This document shows positions 23,363-34,534 of a DNA stretch of 64,000 nt, piece by piece; position 1 is the first letter of the stretch; the number at the start of each line of letters is the position of its first letter. A model generated the notes under the pieces. It did no database searches. It saw only the letters and a program-made list of their open reading frames with translations, and was not told the DNA's origin. This stretch comes from Selaginella moellendorffii (lineage: Eukaryota > Plantae > Lycopodiophyta): the NCBI RefSeq assembly GCF_000143415.4, contig NW_003314399.1, positions 81,428 through 145,427 of the forward strand, read 5' to 3'. The position numbers were made by a program, and so were the translations under genes.

Positions 23363-24006
23363 CCTTTTCTAGAGACTCACTTATCTCTCACTTCATACTT
23401 GTTCCTCGAGCACTTCATTGGGAGTTCCACTCCCGCTCTCGACCTTTCAAGGCAGAATTTTTAGTCCAAATGTGTTACGCTCGTTTGGCTTTCGCTTCAG
23501 CCACTACCACGTGGCACCCTTTCGGCTCCACTTTGGGGCCTAGGGATTTTGTGTCTCACAAACAAGACCATCTCCCACAGAAAGTGGAGCTGAAGGACGT
23601 GCAGCGAGAAGTGGAAGTAGCGACATCTCATAATGTTATGCCAAATGAAGAGCATCGTCAAGGGTGGTTGGAGCAAGTGCATGTATAAGTCCTACAAAAT
23701 CTTGATGAAGTGTTGGCCACAACATTCCTAGCTTGATCCACTTCAACATATTTGGCTCCGCATGAAACAAGAGGCTTCGGAAACGAATGCCAAATTGCAT
23801 CATTGACTCAGATGGTCCTTAACAAAGATGATACAATTGTTGAAAGGCATCATCACAATTATTAGTATATCTAAATGCGTGTTTAAAGACATCCAGGAGA
23901 ATACTCCAATCCCCACGAGTGGTTGCACTCAAACCATTATACCACTGCAGTGTTGTCCCTTGGAGACATGTGAGAAACTTATCATGCGAAGAATGATATG
24001 TGGCAA

Positions 24007-27000
24007 TGTCGCGAATGTGACTTTGGGTATCGAAAGTTACTTGTTAGCTAATCCTTTCGGATATTCTTACCTTACTGCCACGACGGCAGGAGGACAGTAT
24101 TGCTGGACCCGTTATCAGTCTCCACCTAAGCTAGTTGAGAAACTAGTCTTCATGTGTGCACTTGACCAAATGAGCATAAAGAAGGAATTCCTAAATGTTT
24201 ATTTAGTCAAGCATATTTGACTTGGTTAGAGAAACTCATTTGTTGACTTGCACTTGCTAATGTTGGGAACCCCCGCGATATTGAGCTTGGTCCCTCAATA
24301 TTCGCTAGATGATAACTTACCGTGTCTGTTAAACACCCTCGCTATCATGCCCTTTGTGTTAGTCTCAATTCGGTTCCAAATGCTAATTATGGAAAGTGTC
24401 TAGATTTTCTCATTTGGCATATCTATGAAATGTAGAGATTGGCTTGAACACAATGGTGTTCGTCCCGTGTCCAAATTCGCAATCTAGCACTATTCCATAT
24501 TTAGTAAGTTTTGAGCTTGTCCCAGAGACTAACTCTTGATACTAAGGGAAGCTTGGGGTGAAAGCCCAAAGCGTATAGTGGGTTCCAAATGTATAGTAGG
24601 GATAGTGGGTAGGTCAGGCATGGCCAACCAACCTGAGGCATAGTCTAGCTCCTGCTTGCATGCCTGTCCTTGTTCTGCATCCGACTTGAGTCTAAGCCCA
24701 AGTTCCATTCCATGCTAGCTGGTGGAGTACCCATGTCCTTGCGTTAGGCCACCAGTATGCCGAAATAGTGCCAGACTCCGTTTGGCTCCATTTTGCATGC
24801 TAGTCCTGGCAATGGGATGTTGGTTGCTTTAAGACTGTTCCAAGTCACTCCGGGCTCCTATCCCTTCGCTCCTTGGGCTGTATGCTTGGGAGTTGCTCCA
24901 TGATACGGTTCTATCACTCCTTGGCTCCATGTTTGGGAGTTTGGCACTGTTTCTTCGTTCAGTGGCCCAAGGCCTTAAACCTCGGGTTCCGCACCACTAT
25001 CCTTTGGACATGTGGCATATGACATGTGGCATGTGTCACGTGGCATAAAGAGGTTTAGGTTCCGCTTCGTGGTGTTATCCTATGGTAAATCACCATAGGA
25101 TAAAGGGTCAAAACGACATGCGCTACATTTGGTATCAAAGGATGAGTCTCGACGAGTACTATCCCATGAGATTGAGCAACTAGTCTCGTTGCATACGCAG
25201 AGATGAAAACGATGATCTGAGTGGGTACATGTTTGGGTGCAAGGACTTCACAATTGTTCCTTGGAATGAATTTGGTTACCTTGTTGTACCTTATGATGTG
25301 AGCTTGCTCTTGGGCTCATAGGATGGATTTGAGGTTTACAATGTTGCACAAGTTTGTGCTTGGGCTTATGAGTGAGACACATTAGCAACTCAAGATTACA
25401 CTTTGAGTTGGCAGGATTAATGTTAGCCTATCAGTGGTTCCATAAGTTGTTCCAATGGTTCCATGAGTTGTTCCATGTACCGTGGGTGAAAATAAACCTT
25501 CCCTTGGTTTGCTATGAGTGGCAAATAGGCTGGTCTGTAGCTATTTAGCACAGCACTAGGAGATCCTTCCTAGGCATGATTACAAGTGGATCATTCAAGA
25601 TTGTAGGGATAAATCTATTGGTTCAAATAATCATTGCCGTGCTCTCTTATAAACTTTTCTTGGATTGAACTGAAGGCAGTGCGAAAGCAAGCTTGAGGTT
25701 TAGTCGGAGATGAGGCCGAAAAGAGAGTCCTCAGGGACAAAGGATCAAACACGTAAATCATTTTCTCTTCTTGAAGAAATGATTTGCAACGAAGTGTGAT
25801 TCATTGCTCGTGTTCATATTATGCAATCAAGAGTCCCTACCTTGATGCATGTTGGAAATGATGGTCTTGCAAGTGATGAGTCGTGGGATGGATAGCGATG
25901 AAACGCTAAACCATTTTGTCTAGGCTTGCTATTGGAAGATTTAAGTTACAATGCTCAATTCTTTTCCAGGGAACCTTGTTATTACTCCTTAAGTAACTTG
26001 GTGTTGGATTAGTTTTGAGTTTGGTCGGAAAGAGAGTGCCATGAGTTTGTCCGTATTGTGAACAAAATTTAGTGGTGTTAGGTGTTGTAAATCTCTATCG
26101 GTGGAGTGTGGCATTTATGTTGCATTTTATTGAATTGAGTTTTCACTTGATATTCATATAAACCTTTGAAGTAATGACATTGGCATTGCTCATGCTGTTG
26201 CTCGATTGATGATCAAGTCATTGTGAGACTTATATCATATTCATGTGATAATGAGCAATGTGTTTACAATGTTACTCGGTTAAACAATGATCAACCCCAA
26301 AGTGGTTGATGGTGAAGGTAATCTACTTGCATGAAGTAGCATTGTAGTAGCTTTGACTAGATTCTCAAAGGTGATCCATTATGCTAAGCTTAAATTGGTT
26401 CCTTAGTTCCTTGAGTTTGCCCATAAGGTGTTGGAAAAGGGTTATAGCATTCATTTGTTATAGCTCATCAATTGACTTGTTAGCACTTAGAGTAGATTAT
26501 TGGATGAAGAAGATGTGTAGTTGAATCATTGACATTGCTAACACTTGTGTTAATGGAAGTGGCATTGTTATTTAAAGTGATGAGGAATTCTCCTTAAAGC
26601 TTGATTTTTCATATCATTTTTCTTGTTAGTGTTTTAGCTTCACATTATATCTTGAAGGTGGTTGAAGAAGAGTGTTAGTGCAATATAGATATCCGAAGAT
26701 ATGGTTTTTGTGATCAAACCTTGAATGTTCATTTTGCATTTTGCAGATGTCGGTGTTGGATATTAGAAATATGGGTAAAGATGTTTGAGGCTTAGGCATA
26801 CTATGGGTCATGAGAATTGGTGTTGAGGTGAACTTATATGAAGTTGTAAGTAGGAGGAAGTTGGTTGAGTCTTGAAAGTTTGTATTCCTGGACTGAGAGT
26901 CATTCTTTCTCTAGGATGGAAAATTTTTCCACAAATTTTCTTAAGTTTTTCCAATGGCTGATCTATTGATTACCTTGCCCAAAAACCATTCCATTTTCGT

Positions 27001-30000
27001 AAGCTAGTACGAATTAGTGAAAGGGTTGGAGTTGACTTCGGTTGGTTTAGATCTTAGTAGGTAGTTTGTATGATGCGACCCGAAAAAGATGCTAACTTTT
27101 GGGGCTAAAGCAATTGAGTTGGATAGAGTCTGGTGTTGGTGTAGAAAAGTGGCTATTGTGCTTTTCTAAGAAGGGTGACTTTTGTGCCTTTCTTTTGTAG
27201 CGTTATGCTCGGTGGCAAGTTGCACTTTGCATTTCGTTAAGACTCTATGAGAGTAATGAGCTCTCACTGATCTTGACTTGGTCTTGGTGGCCCTGCACCT
27301 TGGCTGAGGATAGTGATGTCCAATTTAGTTGCTTGCAGTTGAGATGTTGGTACCCATATTATAGCTTTGTCTAAGTGGAGGTTGTGTACCAATATGAGTC
27401 TATCTTATGGTCTTTACTTTAGTTTCGACTAAGTGTTGGTCATGCATAACTAGCCTCTTCAAAGCATGCTCAAAGCTATTGACTAGATGTGTTGGTGAGC
27501 TTATCGCCGTTGAGTTAGATTCGAATGGTCATTTAGTTTATACTTGTCCATGAACCTTTATCTCGTACCTAGGGTATTACGTTCATGTTGGACAAATATA
27601 TAACTCGATGGCATGAGTTTTGTGTTGGGTCTTGTGAAAGCAAGTTGAAAGAGTGATTTTTAATTGCTTACGACTAGTGATTACTTGTAGACTTCGTCAA
27701 GGACTGTTGACATTTGCTTTACTCGATGAAGATTTATCAGTGATAGGTTTACTTTACCGGATGGTGTTGCGGAGGATCGTGTCGTTAGACTTACATGGAT
27801 TTTCCATGTTGGCATGTCAACTTTACCTTTGTCGATATCATTTGGTTGTGTTTAGTCTGTGGTGTTGGATTTCATTGAGTCTTGGATGTGGTGATTCACT
27901 CCTTGATGAAGTGTTATCTGTAGCTGAGTATTGTTGAAGAATTAGTCTCAAATACTGACTATAGTATTTTCGACTTTGGTTAGCTTAGTTGCAAGAGAGT
28001 TTTGAGTGATGATTCACTCTTGCTTTCTTCTAGTTTTGTTATGGTGTTGATGGCATTGAAGTGATGGTTTGTCATTGATATTATTGATGTTGAGATTCAA
28101 CTGAGATGAGATGTTTCTCCTTAGGATTTACATTAAGTTTCATTAGTCTCGATGAAGATAGTGTTGATGATTTGGCTATAGCTTTGTGTTATTGGCATTC
28201 GTGCATTTGCTAGTTAGCAACTGTATTGACGTTCAAATGAACTGAGTGGCAAGTTGAGTTAATTGTATTCTAGACAAGATTATTTAGTAGAGATTGAGCT
28301 TTAGCTTTTCCTTGAAAAGTGATTTAGTCGTGGACTATACTAGCTTTACAAGAGGAAGAGTTAGTGATCGATATTTGAATATTTGAATCCTTATTGGATT
28401 TGAGTTGGAATATATCAATCATTGATGATTCTTCTTGTGCTTGTTATGAAGTGAGTTACGTCTTGCTATAAATGGATTCATAGAGGATCGTTTGATGATC
28501 ACTTGTTGAGCATAGCTTCATTATGCTTAGCTTTTGGATTGGTGCAGACATGCTCTTCATTAGCTTTGGCATTATGAAGTTTAGCTTATAGATGTGTTGA
28601 GGAGGATATTGTGGGTTGTACCATGATTTCTTCTTTAACATTGAAATTAGCTTATACGAGACTTGTGATCATTATTAGGCAAGATTTGGCTATAGGCTTC
28701 TTCAAGCTTTTGGTTTTTTGAGTTTTTATACTCATTGTTCCATTTGTTAAAAATTGTTGGGGAAGGCATTTTGGCTCATTAGCTTCGGTATTAAAGTTGG
28801 CTTTTGCATCTAGCAATCATTGGTGATGATTGACTATCATTTGGAGTAGTTGATTATTCTTGTCAAAAGTGTTGCATGATTGTTGTTGATATAGAATGAT
28901 TTGCCGTTCTTTAGGATGGTGAATTTCTTCTTTGATGATGATTATGTATCTTTTTTTTATGGAATGATTGATAATCTTTCATGATGGTTAGTTGTTTTCT
29001 TTAATAATTTATGGCTTTTCGCAATACCATATGTTCTTTGTGGTTTGCTTTGGATTGGTCTCTTGGGTTTGAGACATCAATAGGATGTTGCTAACACTTG
29101 CTTAGGCAACTTGAGTTCCTTAGTGTTTTTGGCTAGGATCTATACGGATTGGCTAATGTGATAGTTGGCATGAATGGGTGTTTGTTGGTCTTACTGCATT
29201 CATTTTGTTCTGTTGATTATTGCACGAGTTAGTTCTGGTAGGTTGGGATGTTATTTCTTTCGGGTGATACATTCGTGAGCATTTTGTTTACCAGTCTATG
29301 ATACTTTGTGTTCTTTGAGTTATCTTTTGTAAGCTTGGCATTTTGTCTACAATCTTTGATAGTTAAGTTTTATCATTGAGTTTCCTTGATGATATACTTG
29401 CTATTGAATTTTATGATGATCTTGGTGGTTTATCAGATGATAACTTTTTTAGAATGCAAAGTGTTCTAATCTAAGATTTATTCACTGATAATTAAGACTC
29501 TAAAATATCATTGTTTATAACTTTGATATTGTCCATCTATTAATCTTTGAATTTGGGCCAGTATAGGCAGACTGGCTTCGGCACTTCGTATACATGGTGA
29601 AATCTCTAGTCACGGGGTAGCTACTGTCGACTGGTCACATAACCCGCCTCTCTGTCGATGTTTCTTATTCCGTTAAACGGGCGTGACCGTGTAAACAACT
29701 CTAACTGCCTGTTTATAGTAGTCTATCTAAACCTTACCGACGGGGTTTGGTGAACTCCAAAAGTATAGTAAGGGGGAGGACTGTAATGGAGCCAGTTTGG
29801 CCAGGAAAGGCCAGTTTGGCACAGGAATGCTGTACCCAGTGTTGGGTGATGAGCAGCCCACTAGGAAGTCCAAGACTAAAGTGAATACGGACCGACAAGC
29901 GGGGTAACTTGGTGAAGTGTTCAAGAGCTGGCTCTAGTTCCCCCGGGAGATCGACTGGCCGATGCTCCCAGTCCAAGTGTGGGTGGCACTACCTACTTGG

Positions 30001-31072
30001 ATACCTGGTGTGGCTCAACGGAACCTCGCTCTAAGCCCACAGCTAGAGCACCCAAATGCAGAAGGCGAGGAGAGTACCCACGAGGCCTGCGTAGGGCCAC
30101 GGTGTTCTGAAATGTTGCCCCAAAGTCCCAGACTGTGGAAAGGAAGAGGAGTAGCCCTCTGGTGTGGTGACAAAGGACACAGTCACACAGTGAGGAAGTC
30201 CCAGAGGACAGTTGGACTTAGTGGTCGGGCCTGTGGGCCTTGATCCAGTGGCAGTGTTGGCGAACACGGCCATGGTCAGGAAGGGACTTGGTGGGGACCG
30301 GAAAAGAGACATTGGGGAAGGCTATTCCCCATGTCTGCAGGCATCCTAAGGATGCTATGGAGTGGATTTGGGATAGCCACTCATGGATGGATGGCCTAGT
30401 CTTTGAGAGACGGGATTGTAATGCAGGTGGTGTTGGACCACTGATGTGACCAAGGTGAATGGGCATGGCCTAACGTAACGGGCTGGTATGTCAGGGGTAC
30501 CTTGGGATGTCGGTCATGGGATCGGTCACGTGGAGCACTTGTACCAAGTGCAAAGGTTGAGTAGCGTGGATGCCATTCTCGGGGCTAGCAAGCCCCAAGA
30601 CCTGAATGGGACTTATGAAGGTTGTGAATGAGACTCCTCCAAGTGGTCGGAGGTGCGGTTAAGTGACTAAAGTAGAATGGAAAAATTAGTCACTTACACG
30701 ATATGCCGAAATAGCTCCACACTCTGTTTGGCTCCGTTTTGCGTGCTAGTCCTGGCAATGGGATGCTGGTTGCTTTAGGACTGTTCCAAGTCGCTCTGAG
30801 CTCCTGTCCTTTCGCTCCTTGGGCTATATGCTCGGGAGTTGCTCCGTGGTCCGGTTCCATCACTCCTTGGCTCCATGCTTGGGAGTTTGGCACTGTTCCT
30901 TCGTTCAGTGGCCCAAGGCCCTGAACCTCAGGTTCCACACCACTGTCTTTTGGACATGTGGTATATGACATGTGGTATGTGTCATGTGGTATAAAGAGGG
31001 TTTAGGTTCCGCTTCGTGGTGTTATTCTATGGTAAATCACCATAGAATAAAGGGTCAACCACGTGCGCTATA
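24007..31072 (+). mobile_element. Degenerate LTR retrotransposon 'family Y' (LTR ~24007-25127, PBS, decayed internal region, partial second LTR 30699-31072)
   Basis: LTR ends CGCTACA followed by TTTGGTATCAAAG (iMet-type PBS, 25130-25140). 24757-25127 is repeated at 30702-31072. The start TGTCGCG is tentative. Internal region has no long ORF. Confidence 0.65.
29755..30698 (+). mobile_element. Family X-related LTR segment (3' ~950 bp) abutting the Y LTR remnant
   Basis: Homologous to 15191-16165; ends CACTTACA. Confidence 0.8.
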
Positions 31073-31642
31073 GGCAATCACTATAAAGTGATTGAACTAA
31101 TGTACACATCATCCCTAGAATTCTCACAAAAAAACTTTAGCCTAACACAAGGATTGACACCAATAGCAAGAGGAGTTGTACCATATGCCATAAATACTGC
31201 CATCAATTGAGTTTTGTTATTCAATTGCAATCACATAGCATTAAGCAATTGCACTAACTACTACTCTAGAGTCAAAGAAGGAGGAGACTACTACTCTGCC
31301 ATGAAAATAAATGAAAAGGAAAGAGCAAAAGAAATGAAATGAAAAAACTTAAAAGGAAAGGGAGATTTAGAAAATGGAAAAGCTAGAATTAAATTAAAAT
31401 CCCGAAATAAAATAACAAAAGAAAGGAAATGGAAAAAGTTAAATTTAGACCATGCAAAAGCTAAATTTAAATCAAAATCCCAAATCCAAATACTCCTTAG
31501 GGACAATCAAAAATGTCTTTCACCTCCACCAATATGAATGTATAGAATATGGAAAGAGAATACAAAAAATGTGCATATCAATTAGCCCAAAAACCCTAAT
31601 TTATATGCACTCTTATTCTTATAATTTATATGCACCCTTATA

Positions 31643-32071
31643 CACAGGTCATGACGACCATGCAAGGCACTCCAGGCTATATGGCTCCCGAATGGCTCAC
31701 ACATTTCATGGCTACAAAGAGATGCGACGTTTACAGCTATGGAAAGGTGCTTTTGGAACTAATTGGGGGTCGCAGGAACATTGATCTCTCAAAGGCTGTG
31801 AACTCTGGCTCAGCCGGACGAGAGCTGGTATTTTCCAACTTGGGTGGTGAACCAGGTGGAGAAGGGGAACTTTCTCAATGTGATTGATGAGAGGGTGAGA
31901 GCAAGTGCCAGTGAAAACTATCAGCAGGCCAAGAAAATGGTTCATCTTGCACTGTGGTGCATTCAAGACAATGCTGATGCTCGACCATCCATGAGGACAG
32001 TAGTGGAAGTGTTGCAAGGGCATTTGGATTTGGGTTCTGCTCCTTTGGTAGCAAAAGTGGCATTTCGCTAA
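31643..32071 (+). pseudogene. 3' remnant of S-domain receptor kinase (copy 0)
   Basis: Near-identical to 36408-36844 but 5'-truncated, with an 8-bp frameshifting deletion at ~31808. Confidence 0.9.
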
Positions 32072-32140
32072 ACATGACTATATGTGATTGATGTTTCAAA
32101 ATTATATAAACATATTATGTAGTACAAAAGTTGTGTACAA

Positions 32141-34006
32141 AAGCTTCTGTGCGCGGCGATTGGGGGCAGTGGTGCCAGGGCCGACGATAAAAACAGTGGA
32201 GATAAAGTCGGCCTCACGGCACCGGTAAGCCGGCTCAGCCCCAACAAGAAGTACAAGCTTTCCAGCGTCGATCTCGTGGATCAGCGCAGCAAAAAGGCCG
32301 TCGATGGCAAGGATCCATTTTTCGAGCTTGTCACGCTCCGGAATGGTGGGGTTTTCACGAAAGACCAGCTTGAGTCGGAGCTGGAGAACCTCGTCAACTG
32401 TGGCATGTTCCAGACCGTGGAGATGGAAGGCGTCACTCAGGCTGATGGGACTATAAAGATCAACATCAACTTTGTCGAGAGCCAGTGGCAAGCGGCGAAA
32501 AGTATGCAGTGTATCAACGTTGGGCGGTTGGCTCAGACCAAGCAACCCGATTTTAACAGCATGACCGAGAAGCAGCAGCAGGAATATCTTGGGAAGCAAG
32601 AAGAAGAGTACAAGAAGCGGGTGAGGAAAGCCAGGAAGTGCATGCTACCGAGAAGGATCGAGCAGGAGATTTCGGGCTGACTCTCCGCCGAGTCTTGTGT
32701 TACTGCGAGAATGCTGCAGAGAATCCGGGAGAGAATACAGAAGTGGTATCACGATGAAGGCTATGCGTGCGCTCAAGTTGTCAACTTTGGAAACCTCAAT
32801 ACGAACGAAATAGTCTGTGAAGTAGTGGAAGGGGACATCACAGACGTGCAAATAATGTTCCAGGACAAGATGGGGCTTCCAGTTGAAGGGAACACTCAAG
32901 TCCCTATCATAGAGAGGGAGCTTCCTTCACAGGTATTGCTTGTTTATTTTCTCCGGTGGTTCTCATTTGTTGTTTTGCTGGATGCAGCTTAGCTCCGGGA
33001 AGATCTTCAACATTGAAGCGGGCAAGAAAGCTTTGCGCAACATCAACAATCTTTCTCTCTTTTCTAACATTGAAGTCAATCCAAGGCCGGATGAAGAGAT
33101 CGAGGGAGGCATTACAGTGGAAGTGAAGTTGAAGGAGCTCGAACAGAACACTACTGAGATCAGCACCGAGTGGAGCATAGTGCCAGGGAATTCTAGACGT
33201 CCAACCCTGGTGAGTCACTTTATATCCAAACCGTCTTCACTGCTTATGCGGTTTCGTTGATACAGGCCTCGATCCAGCCAGGTGGTAACGTAACCTTTGA
33301 GCATCGGAATATCAAAGGCTTGAACCACACATTGTTTTGTACCGTCACGTCCAATAATCTCTTCAATCCCCAGGTCCGGTACTTCCCTCTCAGATCTTTT
33401 TGATATTTACGCACCGCAATGTGGATTTGTAGGATGACTTAGGATTCAAGATGGAATATCTCGACGGTTTGACCGATCCCAGGGAGCGTACGCTCAAGGC
33501 TAGCTGTTTTAACAGTCACAAAGTCAGTGCGGTGTCCCGGTTTGGAAGACGTGCCTGGTATATGGGTCGATCGAGCTTAACCGAGGTAATTGTGAACACT
33601 GTTTACCTCGTCCAAAAGTTCACCAGGCAGAGCAAGCTGACGTATGGATTTGTCATGGAGGAAGTCACAACGCGCGACGCCATTTGCACTAACGGAGCTC
33701 GTGTGCTTCCAAGCGGGGCCTTGAGCATGGACGGTCCCCCGACTACTCACAGCGACACCGGGACTGACCGGGTGGGATTTTTCCAGGCCAATCTCACACA
33801 CGACAACACAAAGTTCGTCCAATGGCTCGAGGAACATCTTCCAGGTAAGAAGTGTGGGAAATTAGCGCTCTTTCTCACTGCTTCCTGGTATGATATTAAA
33901 ACAGCTGGGACAGGTTTCCATTTTTCAATCGACACCAACTTACATTGACTCGGTTTATAAAACTGGGGACCGAAGATAGACACGGCGAGCAGCCACCTCC
34001 GGTTCT
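32141..34006 (+). pseudogene. TOC75 pseudogene fragment 1
   Basis: Copy of 42632-44598 lacking transit peptide and C-terminus; TGG>TGA at 32678-32680; several deletions. Confidence 0.92.
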
Positions 34007-34534
34007 GAGACCCTGCTGCTGCGCTAAAGCTACTGCTAATCTCCTAGACTCCCATCCTCTGGGGCAATGCTGCTCCAGATTTGGGCGCATTCTTCTCGGT
34101 GGCAACTGATCCCCTGGCCGTGAAATTGTAGCCCCCTCCGCCGCCGCCTGCTGCTGCTAGCGCCAGCTCCATCTCGCTTGCCCGCCGCTGTGGCCTGGAG
34201 CTTCTGATACCAGCTCGACCGCTGCTCCCTTCCTCCTCCCGTTTTCTTTTTTCTTTTATTTTTTGAAAATTTGTGTTAGAACCAAACCTTTTTTGTTCTT
34301 CTCTGCTTCACACGCAGTTAGAACCAAACGCCTTTGTTAGACTGTTTAGAATGGGATGAAATGTAGATGCATGCCAATGTTTGTTGTTGCATCGCATCAC
34401 AACGTATTTCTTACGCTGTCTACCTACACCGAGTCAAGGTAGAAGAGTCCCACGCGGCACGACTGACTTCGGTGTGATTTATTTCAAGGCCCTATCCAGA
34501 GTTTCTCATACATTATCTCTACTTTGGCCAACAC

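Larger units (their letters stand above)
16166..23560 (-). mobile_element. Family X tandem (three-LTR type) copy X3/X4: truncated LTR 22433-23560, deleted internal 20288-22430, shared LTR 18662-20287, PBS, internal 16166-18646
   Basis: Middle LTR has a PPT on one side and a canonical PBS TGGTATCAGAGC (18647-18658) on the other. 21865-22425 nearly duplicates 16167-16737, and 22433-23100 duplicates 19009-19700. Confidence 0.78.

Noticed and set aside
25141-29500. gag/pol remnants in the Y internal region
   Set aside because: No motif could be confidently read; too degenerate without an HMM search.
31101-31644. Possible solo LTR (TGTA...TACA)
   Set aside because: No matching TSD and no second copy in the window.
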